Shown: positions 12,646 through 25,775, counted from the first letter of the stretch. The stretch: 64,000 nucleotides of DNA from Isurus oxyrinchus (GCA_026770705.1 JANJGN010000005.1:44082001-44146000); one strand, 5' to 3'. Made by a program: numbers and translations. The notes: a model not told the origin generated them from the letters alone.

Positions 12646-13660
12646 TGTTTCTTACTGGTTGGAACAATTGAAGTAAAATAGAATGCAATGCATCATTGCC
12701 ACATTAATTTATTACATTCCACATCAGGGTTAGCCCATCAGAGAGAGGCAGTGAGTGGAGGTACCATCACACTCACAGTTTGCAAAGGGAGAGTAAGAGA
12801 GAAGACCACCTCTGAATTGTTCTGTCATATGCTCTGGTAACTGTTTGCAGACCAACAAGGTAAATCACACACCTGCCTTGCTAGACAGTTAGAGATGTCC
12901 AAAAGATGGTGAGTAAGATTGGAAATCACAGGAAAATATACAGGAGTTGAGCAATATCACGATTGTTAAATTTACACTGTGTACTGATTGTCTTCACAGT
13001 TATTCCTGATTTCACGGACTAACATCGGGCTCAGTGGTACTTTCCCCACTGATATGAATCCACATCACCAAACAGCCTCAAATTAATGCTCACACAGTGA
13101 ATAGACTCATGTCTTTCATTCCATACATTATAACTCCCTCAAGCTTTACTTTGCGATGGACTGCAAATCAGATGAACATCCATCCTATTCCCACAATCTG
13201 GTGAATGTCTAAATCTGGCAGAGGTTCCAGGACCACTCCTTACCTACACCCACCCCTTCCCTCTGTCCTTCAATCGCATTGAGGCTAAAAACAAGATATA
13301 ACATTGAGGTTCAGTGGGATGTTCTGTGATTTCTTATCCTGTGTAGAGTTGGTTGATCTCATGGGGTGGAGTGGGTAAAGCTGAAACTCAGTATTTCAGA
13401 GAGTGAAAAATGCAGTTAAGAATCTTGCTTTTGATCACTGGGAAGCATGAGACTATAATTGAACAGCCTGCCAATACTCATCATCTAAGCTTATACACAG
13501 AGAATGCCTAACTGGTTAAGGATCAAAAAGTGGCTGTCACATCTGGCATCTTAACCCAGTGTGAGTAAGTGCCTTCAGGAGAGGAGGGGAGAAAGTTAAC
13601 GGTCATATCAAAACTGATTGTGCACACTTAACAAAAAGACTGAACAGAGCTTTACTTAAC

Positions 13661-13779
13661 GTGTTGTGTGATGAAGAGATCCAGTAATAAGAAAGGGGGT
13701 AGTTCATTTCTTCCAAAGTCACACGTTCAAACCTTGAATCCAGAATCATGTTCTCTTTAGAGAACAGATAGGCCAAGAA
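13661..13779 (-). CDS. PLCG1: PLC-gamma exon 10-equivalent (119 bp): [39 protein letters not shown](T), start of X-box with the first catalytic His
   Basis: PI-PLC motif [13 protein letters not shown]; tttgtcttttag acceptor; donor AC|gttaagta. Confidence 0.94.
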
Positions 13780-14938
13780 CTAAAAGACAAACGAAACAGA
13801 TGAATTTTCATTTGTCATCATTCTACATAAATTTGAATAATAAATTTACTATATTTTCTATTTTGAAACCGCATTTACATTTTTATTGAAACCTAGAGGA
13901 AAAGTCAAGGTCTAAAGGGCAAGACTCTGTCATGATTGAAGACAGAGGAAGAAGACAAGTCTGTAAGTAGCAGTTAGCGATGCTGAGTTTGGCTCTAAAA
14001 AAACCTGTAGATTTCAGAAGAAAGAGAAGACCTAGTGAGTTAGGGAACTCTATATGTGTGAATTCTTGAGAAAAAAATGAGCTAGATTAGGATATGATGT
14101 GATAGAACCTGATTTTAACCCAGAAGAGTAAGAGAATAGAGGACACCATATTTGAGGGAAGAATAAGGAAGAATTCTCAAACAACAAATAGTACATATGT
14201 GTATATTTTTCATCTTTCTTTTCTTAAGCCTCATAGGGCCACACATCATAACATGGGTGTCGGAGAACCACTACTATACATCAGCTAACACTTTTGGTAT
14301 GTTGGCCAGTATGTTTGAACTGGAGCTGCCTCAGTTGCTTGTCCACTCGAATTCTTCTTCATGACCTCACAAAGAATCCTCATGATTCTTCCCTTCTTCA
14401 CATCGAGAAGGTCCAAGCATCTTTTTTGTTGGAATGCCATTTGAGGAATCATAGGATTAGACCAAACTCCTACTATCCAGTGGTACGTTGAGCTAACTTA
14501 AAACCAACATCTCAAGTTGAGACTCTTCTTGTAAGTGCTATTTCTTTGATTCTTCCCTGAAGAAACTTTATAAATTAAAATTTTACATGGGACTTTCACC
14601 TATGATTTCAAAGCATTGGGCACTCTGGTCAAAGTATAAAGGATATACATTCTTCTCTGGCTTCCTCTTAGCATACCTTAGTTGCTTCAGTCAAGTTACC
14701 TGCTGGAGGGAGGGTTAAACTGTGATCTTGCCAAGTTTTCCACCTCATTTCCTCAAGTAAACAAACTTTAAATTTTAGATCAACTTTGGTTGAAGTTGAG
14801 CCATTTGACAGGTCTATATACTAGCAGGAGTGGGCCCGAGCCTTACCACAATATATTGTAATTCTGCCCAAGGCAAATTAAGACCATTTCACTTGCTGTT
14901 CACTGAGAATGAGTGTAATAAGGCAAAGATATATATAC

Positions 14939-15040
14939 CTCATCCAGTTGTAAAACAGGGTCTGATATCTCCCGCAAGGGGTCTTTAAAGTAATTAAAGA
15001 TGCACTCCCGGACTTTGTTGGTGTCATTTGCCCAGCTTTC
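14939..15040 (-). CDS. PLCG1: PLC-gamma exon 9-equivalent (102 bp): ESWANDTNKVRECIFNYFKDPLREISDPVLQLDE
   Basis: Similar to human ELWAVDRLQVQEFMLSFLRDPLREIEEPYFFLDE; ttattttcttag acceptor, GAG|gtatat donor. Confidence 0.92.
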
Positions 15041-15754
15041 CTAAGAAAATAAGAGTCACAACAATTAAGCAGATCTGATGAGCTCTCCTTACAATGGTTC
15101 CCTACAGGAAGTTAAATAAAAGTAATACATGCATAGAATTTGGATGAGTTTAATGTCTTCCCAATCACTTCCATTGCAGAGATTCTAATACACCATACGA
15201 TTTCCTGTTCAGCTTCCACAGTCCATGCTGCTAATTCTTTTCCACATTCATTTTATTGTGTTGAGTTTCAGTGGACCAAATCCCTTCTCATTTACTATCA
15301 TTAAGTAGAAATCAAAAAGTCCAAGCCACTTTGCATTCACTCCCAATTACTAAAATTTCAATAGATCAAATCTTATTCATTGTGTAGAATTAGCAAAGCA
15401 TGACCATCTGGCAACTTGCAACTGTTTCCTATACAATCCATTGGCTAACATAACTGTGGTCAGGCAATCTTTAAAATTGTCATCCTCATGTTTAAATCAC
15501 TCATGGCCTTATTGTCCCACACCACCCACACCCCTACCCTCCTTACTCCCCTGCACCCCACAACCCCTCGACCCACCAGCTCACAGCTCTAATCTCCTCC
15601 ACCAGCCATTGGAGAACTCTGCCTTCTTCCAGCTCTGTACACATGTGCATCCTCCCACTCCCTTCACTGATGTCAATGCCTTCAACAATTCCAGATCCTA
15701 AACTTTGGAATTCATTTCCTGAATCTCTTTGGTTTTCCATCTTTCCATCTTTGC

Positions 15755-16507
15755 GAAAATGGAGGAAGAGGTCCAGATCTGGAAGTCTGGCCCTTGAGCC
15801 TGGCCTCCGCCATTTTTGTGGAGTGGGGGGGGGGGAGGAAATGGGGGCAGCTTCCAATGTGTACACCTGTGGTTCACAGAGGCAACTGTACATGTTAAGG
15901 TGCAGCTGCCTCAGTCAGATTTAATTTTGACTAGTGTCAAAAACACAACTTAGGCACCTTAAAAATGATAGAAGAAGACTTAAAGCTGCCAGAGTTCTTT
16001 GGAGAGGTGGGGTACCCTTTTGGAGAGGTAAGATACCTTTTTAGATATGATTCCGGAACACCTTTGGAAGCGATCAGGAATGAGGGCCATGGAGGGGGGT
16101 TGGAGGGATATAGGTTGGCATGGAGGGTATGAGGAACCATGGAGTGTGGGTGGAGGGACATGAGGTGGTATGGGTTGGCATGAATGGGGCGTGGGTAGTG
16201 TATTGGGGTGGGTGAGGGTGATGGCTGGAAGGCTTTTTCTTTGCTTTATTCATTTTTTTGATATCTTCAACAAAGTGCTGGAGCACTGAGGCAGGTCATG
16301 TGCTCAGCCCACCTCCGCATCTGACAACCTCTGAAATACTTCTGAGATCGCCCGCCACAGCTCCCATTTTTCACCCTGCACTCTCCCCCCACCATCAGAC
16401 CCCGGACCAAAAATCAAAACGTCTGGGGCACATTTTACCGGTTGGATTTGCAGAGCTGGAAATTGTCCCGAAAGTGCACTCCTGAACCAGGTGGGAAAAT
16501 TCAAACC
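15755..16507. mobile_element. Degraded MITE/DNA-transposon-like element inserted into an L2 3' fragment
   Basis: Ends in gggaaaattcaaacc; L2 tail sequence continues on both sides (15630-15750 and 16508-16700). Confidence 0.5.
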
Positions 16508-16972
16508 TTTGTCTCTCCACCTGTCTCTCCTCTTTGAAAGCGCTGCTTATCTTTTTGAACAAAGTTTTGATCATCTGTTCTAATGTCTCCTTCTTTAGCT
16601 TGGAGTTAATCTGTAATGTGATTACACTCCTGTGAAGTGGTTTGGGATGTTTTCTCACAAAAAAGATGCTAGATAAAGTTATTGCTAATTTGTATAAAGT
16701 GTGCAAGGTGCTCAGTTTAAATTAAACTCTTTCATGAGTTTCTGGAGACATGGTTCTCATAATCATGGTGCTAGCAACCCTGAATCTGAACATTTAAAGT
16801 GACTGTAAACACTGGGACATTCCAATTACACCGAATTGTGGGATATAGTTTATAACTCAGTTCCTGCTCTTAGGCACATTGCCAAATGGAGGGAGATAAT
16901 AAAGAGCAAAAAATAAATAGAGGGAAAACAAACTGAAGAAGAGTTATCGTTAGCTACTCTACCACACTTCAT

Positions 16973-17102
16973 GGGCGGGATTTTCCACACCTGCCTGCCG
17001 CCGAGATCTTCCGGTCTTGCTGCAAGTCAGTGAATTTCTGGCTGGGGCACCACCTTGATTGTGATGGGTTCCGCCCTCAAAGGGGCTGGAAAATCCCAGC
17101 CC
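16973..17102. mobile_element. 130-bp Harbinger-type MITE
   Basis: TIRs GGGCGGGATTTTCCA / TGGAAAATCCCAGCCC; catg overlaps both ends, consistent with a short TSD. Confidence 0.8.
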
Positions 17103-17149
17103 ATGTGTGAAAATCATGTTTGACAAATTTGCTAGTGTTCTTTCAGTAT

Positions 17150-18345
17150 ATAACAAGCAGAGTTGATAATGGGATGTAGTATATTTGGATTTCCAGAAAG
17201 TATTCGATAAGCTGCCTCATAAAAGGTTATTGCACAAGATTATTATTACTATTGCTCACAATATTGGGGGTAATCTATTAACATGGATTGAGGATTGTTT
17301 AACACAGAAAACAGAGAGTTGGGATTAATGGGTCTTTTTCAGGTTGGAAAGACATAACTAGCGGAGTGCACAAGGATCATTCCTCGGGCCGAATTATTTA
17401 CTATCTATATTAATGACTTGGAGGAGGGGGCAGAATGTAATGTATCCAAATTTGCTGACGATACAAAAATAGGTGGGAGAGCATGTTGTGATGAGGACAT
17501 AAGGAATCTGCAAGGGGATATGGTTGAGTGAGTGGGCAAAAACTTGGCAGATGGAGTTTAATGTAGGAAAGTGTGAGGTCATGCACTTTGGTAGAAAGAA
17601 TTAAAAGGCAGACTATTATTTAAATGGAGAGAGACTCCAAAGATGTGCAGCACAGAGGGATCTGGGTGTTCTTGTGCATGAAACACAAAAAGTTAGCATG
17701 TACGTGCAGCCAGTAATTAAGAAAGCAAATAGAATTTTCATCTGTATTGCTAGGGGGTTAGAGTTTAAAAATAGGAAAGTCTTGTTACAACTGTATAGGG
17801 TGTTGGTGAGGCTGCACCTGAGTACTGTATATGGTTTTGGTCCCCAAATTTGAAAAAGGAAATACTGGCATTGGAAGCAGCTCAAAAGAGATTCACTAGG
17901 CTGATCCCTGGGATGAAGGGGTTGACTTATCAAGAACGGCTAAACAGGTTAGGCCTTTATTCATTACAGTTTAGAAGAATAAGGGGTGATCTTATTGAAA
18001 CGTACAAGATTCTGAGGGGGCTTGACAGGGTAGATGTTGAGAAAATGTTTCCACCAGCAGGGGAATCTCGAACTAGGGGGCATAGTTATGGAATAAGGGG
18101 ACACTCATTTAAAACTGAGATGCAAAGGAATTTCTTTTCTCAAAGGGTAGGGAATGTCTGAAATTCTCTAGATCACTGAAAGCATTTAAAGAAGAGGTAG
18201 ATAGATTTTTGAAATATTGGGGAGTTGAGGGCTATGAGGAACTGGCACAAAAGAGGAATTGAGGCCTGGGACAGAATAGCCATGATCTTTTTGAATGGCT
18301 GGAGGGGCCGGATGGCCTACTCCTGCTTCTATTTCTTATGTTCTG
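17150..18345 (+). mobile_element. CR1 LINE, RT C-terminal half plus 3' UTR
   Basis: VVYLDFQKVFDK, KFADDTKIGG and ORF 17850..18161 (LYSLQFRRIRGDLIETYKILRGLDRVDVE). Confidence 0.9.
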
Positions 18346-19069
18346 ATTGTTTGGTATGAGGCCAAGGTTCACCTGGCTGTCAGCAGAAGTTGGGGCATGA
18401 CCTGGGAAAAGCAAGTATTGGAGAGTTAATTGGATAGAGTTCAAATTTACCTTACTACAAACAAAGGGTTTTAGTTAAGAACATAAAAAAAAGGATGAAA
18501 CTAGAAAATAGCCTCCAGGTCATCAAATATGCTCCTCCCACAGATTCCATGCAATCTACTCTATAATCAACTCTACTTCTAATGTGCTTCTCAAAAATTG
18601 TCTGACTTCTAGAGTTCCTGTAGCTTTTCTATCAATCTTATGGCTGACAGGGAGGTGAACCTCCATGGGAATTCACCTCACGCAACTTTTTCTCCAGGAA
18701 AATTCATCAGCTCCACAGGGCCTCCTTTAGTAGGTCAATGCTCTCTGTTTCAAAAGATCCTTGTCTTTCTCCTCAGAATGTCTCTGATGCACCAATGTCT
18801 CTCCGAACATTGACTACCCAAAAGTGTAGGAAAGACTTCAAATGTAATCAGGCAAGAGATTTTGCAAAGCTGGCTTGGTATGATTTACAATCAATGCTGA
18901 TTTGTTGCCTCAGTAAAAGAAAGACTTGAAAACACTGCATTTGTAGAGTGCCCCTCAGGGCACCAGAACACCCCAAACCACTTTTACAGCCAATTAAGTG
19001 CTTTTGAAGTGTGATCACTGTTGTAATGTAGGAAAGATTCACTTTGGCTTATTGATTCAGCCTGCCTAC

Positions 19070-19142
19070 CTTCTGATCATATTGCAGAAACTTCTGGAAG
19101 TCATACAGCGTAACTTGACACAGCTCAGGCCTCTCCACATTC
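19070..19142 (-). CDS. PLCG1: PLC-gamma exon 8-equivalent (73 bp): (R)NVERPELCQVTLYDFQKFLQYDQK
   Basis: Matches human ERPELCRVSLPEFQQFLLDYQG; cag acceptor, AAG|gtagg donor. Confidence 0.93.
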
Positions 19143-19692
19143 CTGCATGCAACAAAATAATATTTAAATAATGGCCGGAAGTAGCAGAATTTTTCATTAT
19201 AGACATAATTATTTGATGTGCTTAGGATCTGTAAACAAATCGACAAGTGGTTTTAGTGGAAGTGCCATGAGCGTTGCTGCAGGTTAATGCACCAGTTGTG
19301 AGACCTGGGACTGAGTTCTATATTTTACCATCAGCATATGCTGTGTTAATGCACTTTACTTTAAATAGACTTGTGGAGTTGGGCACATAATCTGAACTGA
19401 TACTTCTCATATAACTAAACAACAGTTGTACCTCAAAATGACCAGAGAATCATAGAATGATAGAGCACAGAAGCAGCATTATCGTTCCTGTGTCTTTGTT
19501 ACCGATAGACTGGACTATTCCCATTGCTCTTGGCTGGCCTCCCATGTTCTACTCCAAATAAACTTGAGGTCATCCAAAATATGTTGCCTATGTCTCAACA
19601 CACACCAAATCCTGCTCACCCACATCCCTGTTCTCTCCAACGTACATTTGTTTCTAGTTAAGCAACGCCTCGATTTTAAAATTCTCATCCTT

Positions 19693-20390
19693 GGGCTGCA
19701 TTTTACAGCTCCCTGCCAGTGTGTTTTAAGGTGGAGAGCTCATAAAATGCAATGCATGGCCTGCCCATAGTCTTCCTGCCCATTCCGACTTGTCTCCCAT
19801 TTTACGATGGATAGTGGTCACTTAAGTGCCTTATCTTGCCCCTGCTGCTATTTAATCCGCAGAAGTGAGGCCTATGCCAAGCTGGTAGCCTGGTAACTTT
19901 TACTGGGTGAGCTGGTGTCGGGAAAGTGGGTGGATGGGTATCTCCTGTGCCCAATCGATGAGGTCCCAATGTCATATATAGGTCATATCCACCCTTTAAC
20001 CCTTCCGTCCTGGCCTCTCAAACCCAGCCCCTCCACTCCCTTCAACACCACCCCCCCCTCACTGGGGTCTGCTTGCCAAGTCCCCCGCTCATACCCTGGA
20101 CTTAACAGAAGGCCAGCCTCCATAACCTCCTCTTCTTTTGGAACTGGCTGTAGTCCCAGGAATGGCCAATGCTTGGACCTGGCTCTGCTGAGACTGTGGA
20201 GCTGTTGGCCAATCCAATTGGTCTCTATGGTGGGTGCTTCCTTCCTAGAAGGGGGCAGAGGTCTTGCCCTGAGCCAGTTAACGCCACGCATAAAATGGCT
20301 GCGGGGCAGCTGGCTTTTTGGTGGGCGGGCTCCCTACTGACTTTTATTTAGGGGGAGGTGGGGACTACAGCACCCTGTAAAACCCAGTCC
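19693..20390. mobile_element. 698-bp Harbinger-type MITE inserted into an L2 3' region
   Basis: Imperfect 16-bp TIRs GGGCTGCATTTTACAG / CTGTAAAACCCAGTCC; 3-bp TSD CTT; removing the element restores L2 sequence attctcatccttgttttcaaatcc. Confidence 0.85.
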
Positions 20391-20739
20391 CTTGTTTTCA
20401 AATCCTTTCATGGCCTTCCAGTTCTACAACTGAGATTCCTGCGCTCATCTAATTCTGGCATCTTGCACATCACCAATTTAAAGTGCTGCACCTTTGGTGG
20501 CTGTGCCTTCAGTTGCTAAGTTCCAAAGCTTTGGAATTCCCTCCCTAAACCATTTCACCTTTCTACCTCTTTTCTCCTTTAAGTGACTCCTTAAAAAACT
20601 TACTTCCTTGACAAAGCTTTAGATGTATCTTTCCTAATATCTCCTTACATCGTTCGGTGTCAAGATTTTGTTTGATAATCCTCATGTGACGTGTCTTGGC
20701 GGTTATGATGACACCAAAGGTGCTATAGAAATACATGCA

Positions 20740-21400
20740 GTTGTTTTTGGTCTTGCTGGATCTTTGGTAAAGCTATCCAATTAATCCTATTCTTTCCCCA
20801 TGGCCCTGTAAATATATTTCCTTCAAGTATTTATTCAATACTCTTTAGATATTGTTATTAAATTTGTTTCCAGCACCATTCCAGGCAGTGCATTGCAGAT
20901 CACAACAACCTGCTGTGTAAAAAAATGTTTTCTCATGATGCCTTCAGTTCCTTTGCTTCTGGTCACTGACCCTTCTGTCACTACAAATAGTTTCTCCTTT
21001 TTTCCCCTCTATTTATTCATTTGCACCCTCTCCAAAACCTTGACATCCTTCCTAAAATGTGATGTCAAAATTAAGCACAATACTCTAGCTGAGGTCTAAC
21101 CAGTGTTTTAGAAAGGTTCAGCATAACATCCTTACTTGTGTACTCTATGCCTCTGTTAATAAAGATCTTATGTACTTTATGGCTTTTTCAGCAGCCTTCT
21201 CAACTTGTCCCGCTATTTTCAAAGATTTGTGTACATGCACTCCCAGGCTGCTCTGTTCCAACATCCCCTTTAAAACTGTACAATTTATTTCATATTCCCT
21301 TTCCTCATTCTTCCTATCAAAATATGTCACTCCACACTTCTCTGTTTAATGTCACTTCCATGTATCTGCCGATTTCACTAGTCTGCCTGAGTTCCCCTGA
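20740..21400 (-). mobile_element. CR1 LINE fragment
   Basis: Degraded RT C-terminus (LGVHVHKSLKIAGQVEKA). Confidence 0.7.
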
Positions 21401-21529
21401 TGTCTGTTACCAATGCCATGGTCTTTAATTTTGCTAACAAGTAATACCAACAATTACAAATACTGGCAAAGAACATCGGCTGAAGAGCCATTTCAACTTT
21501 GGGAAAGAAATAACTCACATTTGTATAGA

Positions 21530-21700
21530 AACAAAATACTGCGGTGCTGGAAATCTGAAATAAAAAAAGATAATGGTAGAAAAAGTCAGCAGGTCTGACA
21601 GCCGAAGAAGAGTCATATTGGACTCGAAGTATTAACTCAATTTCTCTCTCCACAGATTCTTCCCAACCTGCTCAGTTTTTCCAGCATTGTCTGTTTTTAT
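21530..21700. repeat. Penelope-terminus-derived palindromic element
   Basis: aaaagtcagcaggtctgaca...ccgaagaagagtcatattggactcgaa...cctgctcagtttttccagcatt; same family as 33545-33995 and 57950-58126. Confidence 0.65.
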
Positions 21701-21929
21701 TTTGCATTTATATAGCCCCTTTCATGATTTGAGATATTGCAAAATGTTTTACAGTCTTCGAAGTGTAATCACAATTGTAATGTAGAAAACGCTGCAATAG
21801 CAATGAGATAATCTATTTCAGTGATGTTAGGGATAAGTCTTGTCTGAGACGCCAGGGAGAACTTACCTGCTCTTCTATCAAATACTGTTGTGGGATCTGT
21901 TATATCAATCTAGGAAATGCAAATATTGC

Positions 21930-22620
21930 TGAAAAGAGAGACACTTTGCCGAAGCTTTTCATCTTACACTCATCAGGACACACAAAAGAATGCTAAATTT
22001 CAAACACTCAAGACACTTTATGCTACAGGAGACAAAGGGTGCTGATTGGCTGATAAATCGACTCTGATTGGCCAAGGCATTGCCATGCAGAAAACAAAGA
22101 GGAACAAAAGGTTCCTCAAGCTCCCCAGTAATTCAAAAAGGGCTCAAGGCTTGAACATTTTCCTTTTGTTTGAAAAAAACAGGCCCCTGCATATGAATGT
22201 ATGTTGCTCCTAGCAAGCATTAATGAGTCACAGTGTGAGCTTGACCGATTATCTTAAATTGGCTGATAGTGTAGATATTAGCACACTTAGGATTGTTCAG
22301 CAAGTGCTGCCTAATGATGGAATCATATTTAACAGTATACATTTTGTTTTGGGTTTTGCAAGCACGGACTGGTTGAACATGGTCTGTACTCTGCTTATTA
22401 CAAACAACTGAAGGAATATGCTGTTTGATTTGATCAGCCAATCACTGGGATGTACTGCCTACGTACCTGGTATCACATCGGCGCTGAAATTCATACACAC
22501 TCAATTGTGTGGTTGGCAGAACATTTTTTGGATTGACAGCAGCATTCTGTTAGTGGTAAATACCACTTGTGTAGCCACTGCATTGTAGCAGCGTGAAACG
22601 GCTTACTTAACCTGTTTCAG
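21930..22620 (-). mobile_element. Penelope-like retroelement 3' part: GIY-YIG endonuclease remnant plus terminal region
   Basis: Minus-strand translation YEFQRRCDTRYVGSTSQ*LADQIKQH...IIRQHLLNNPKCA...FKIIGQ...LLGATYI, a typical PLE GIY-YIG domain. Confidence 0.85.
21947..21980 (-). ncRNA. Minimal type-I hammerhead ribozyme motif (Penelope-associated)
   Basis: Minus strand UGUC-CUGAUGA-GUGUAAGAU-GAAA-AGCU-UC-GGCA: intact core, 4-bp stem I, palindromic AAGCUU stem III. Confidence 0.7.
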
Positions 22621-22748
22621 CCGGGATACATTCCCCATCGTGGCGGGGCAGAAAACCTTGGGAAAATTCAGCCTATTATATTAGGTCATCAACTTTAACT
22701 GTCCCCTTATATTCTTTAGCAGATTAACCGAAAATACTAGAAGCCCGG

Positions 22749-23003
22749 TGTTGTAGGGTGGCCAAGTTGTGCTATTAATGATAGAGCTCATCTGAAGACA
22801 CTTCTTGGGTGGAAATTTTAAGTTTATTTACAATATACTAAGCAACAACTACATGTGTGCTTTCAACTCAAACTCCATCTCTATACTGACTCCTGAGGTA
22901 GCTCGAGCTACTATCCTATTGGTAACTACAGGTCATGTGATTTTGCCCAACAACTATTATTCTTAAAGTACATTGCACACTAAATAAAACCATAATTATT
23001 ACA
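22749..23003 (-). mobile_element. 3' LTR (255 bp) of the Gypsy element
   Basis: Minus strand TGTAAT...CTACAACA (TG...CA), preceded directly by polypurine tract agttaaggagggaggaa; contains AATAAA (22823-22828). Confidence 0.8.
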
Positions 23004-25092
23004 TTCCTCCCTCCTTAACTCGGCTAAACATATTATATTTACAAGTACATATTTTTCAAGACAACATTACATTTACACTGTGTAAGGAATTCACAAGTTC
23101 AGTCTTTCAGGTAGTTTCCTGGTACACTTGGACTGTCTCAGCTCCACAACTTCAGATTCTTTGTCAGAAATCTCCTTTTCCAGAGTTGCCTGAACATCAG
23201 TGCTTCAGTGGGCACTTACAGATCTGTTTCCTCAACTCTTACAGGAACATCATACATGTCAGTCTTGGGTTGACGATTCTCAACAAGAAATGCAGACCAG
23301 ACATGATCACTGGTGGAAACATATCTTGATGATTTGTCTCCCTTTTCCTTAAATGGTCCTCATGTTTATGGATGATCCAGCCTTCCACCTATCATATGGT
23401 AAGATAGAGGTCCAGTCACTGCACTTATTTTACCCGGTAACCACTTTGGTACTTCGCCAAAGTTTTTCACATATACTGGCTCACCCACGGTAAATTTTCT
23501 CTCACAATTATGCCAGTCGTGTCTAGTTTTTTTGGCTTCCCTGACTCCTTTCCACCTTCCCCTCCAAACTGAGCATTATTAAGCTCAATCTCACTCTGAA
23601 ATGGCATTTCAGCAAAAGCTCTGCAAGTGTGACACCTGCTGTTGTGTGAGGGGTAGCCCTGCAGTGAAAAAGATAGCAACCTAGCTTGGTTGCCAAGGAA
23701 TCACCAATTAACTTTCTCTTACCTGTCTTGAATGTTTGAACCGCCCTTTTGGCCAGTCCATTTGAGGAAGGGTGGTAAAGTGCAGCTTTCACATGAGTGA
23801 TACCGTTGAGGCTGATAAACCGTTGAAACTCAGTACTTGTAAATGCTGTGCCGTTATCGGAAACGACTTCTGGTAGTCCCTGAATGGCAAAACTCTGAAG
23901 TAGTTTCTCAATTGTTGCTGCTGACATTGGTGAATTCACCTCATATATGTCCAACCATTTTGAATGGACATCGACAATGAGCAGAAACATTGTTCCCGGG
24001 AAAGGTCCGACGTAGTCAATGTGTAACCACACCCAGGGTCTACCTCCAGGGTCTACCTGGCCACTCCCATTGGTAGCTGTCACTGGCAACTTTTGCAGTT
24101 GCTGACATTGCACACAGTGCTTTACTAAACCCTCTATTTCACCATCCATTCCAGGCCATCATAGAGAGCTGTGTGCTATGGTCTTCATTTGAGAAATTCT
24201 TGGATGGACACTGTGTAGTTCAATTAAAAGCAGTTCTCTTCCCTTTGGAGGAACTATCACTCATGCTCTCCACAATTAGATGGCATCCTGGCTGGTTATT
24301 TCAAGTCTTCTGTTGAAGTACGGTCTCATTTAGTCAGATACAGGCTCCTGTAACCTTGTAGCACTTGTTTCCATACCTGAGATAGGACTGGGTCCTGACT
24401 TGTCCAGTCTCTGATCTGTTGAGCATGTACCAGCGAGGAATTTAAGAAATTGAACAGTAAAACAAGTTCCTGTGGAACTGGGACATGCTCATTATTTTCT
24501 TGTAAAGGCAAACGACTAAGGGCATCAGCGTTTGCGATTTGATTGTCCGGCCTATGTATGAAATTGTATTCGTATGCTGCCAGAATTAAGGTTCATCATT
24601 GTATTCTTGCTGAGGCTATGGGGGGGTATAGCCTTGTCCTCACTAAACAATCCTAGCAATGGTTTGTGGTCTGAAATGATTGTAAAATGACGACCGTGTA
24701 AGGGCTGATGAAATTTCTTGACACCAAAGGTGATGGACAGGCTTTCTTTATCTTTCTGCGAGTATTCCTTTTCTGCTGTGGTGAGCGTTCTTGATGTCTA
24801 ACCTATTGGCCATTCCATGCCGTCATCCATCTGATGAGAGAGTGCTGCTCCCACTCCATAGGGAGATGCATCACATGTCAGCACCAATTCTTTCATCTGG
24901 TCGTAATGCACTAATAGATTGGATGAGCTCAACAATTGCTTCATTTTTATGAAAGCTTCTTTCTACATGCCTTCTTCTTTCTAGCGCAGACTTTAATCTT
25001 GGCCTGCTTTTTGACTTCACTGTTGGCCATATTTCTCTCAGATGCAGCTCAACTTGTCTGAGCTCAGTGGCTGAGTCTCCCAAAATTTCATT

Positions 25093-25775
25093 GGCCAGAA
25101 TCTTCAGGTTGGTGAGTGGGGGCGGGCCCCGTTCACTGACGCATAAAATGAAGCTCAGCAACATCAGGCGCGCGTCCCGATGTCACCGCGCATCATTCCG
25201 ATATTCAGTTCGGCAGGGGCGCACTGGAGTCGGCTTCATGCCCACCAAACTGTCAAAGGCCTATTAAGGCCATTTAAATACCAACTAAAATACTTAACTG
25301 AGCTGCCTGTCTAACCTTAACGTTTGCAGGCAGGCGAAGAGCCCAGGTGGCCTTCGCATTTATCATGAAACCTCATCCATGGGATGATGAGGTTTCATGA
25401 AGGTTTTTAAAGTTAATAATATTTTTTAATAAAAGTCATTGACATGTCCCAGCTCATGTGACACTGTCAAATGAGGGGACATGTCTTAAAATTTTTTTTC
25501 TTCTTTATTAAATTTTTTAGAAATCAGACTAATTTCCCTAAGGCAGCTCTATGCCTCGGAGATTTCTGCACTCTTTCGTGCGCAAGCACAAAAGAGCGCA
25601 GTTCCGACTCAGCCCATTCCTGCACAGGGAGCTCTCATCACGCTGGGTGGGCCTTAATTGGCTCGCTCACATAAAATGGCAGTGCACAGCCAATCATGGG
25701 CAGCGATGGGCTGCACACCTGCCCGTGCCTGTCCAACCAACGCACCCCCCCACCCCCCGATGGGGAGAAAATTCC
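25093..25775. mobile_element. ~680-bp Harbinger-type MITE nested in the Gypsy element
   Basis: Starts ggccagaatctt, ends ggggagaaaattcc; internal hairpin gaaacctcatc...gatgaggtttc; reverse-orientation relative of 47951-48641. Confidence 0.8.
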
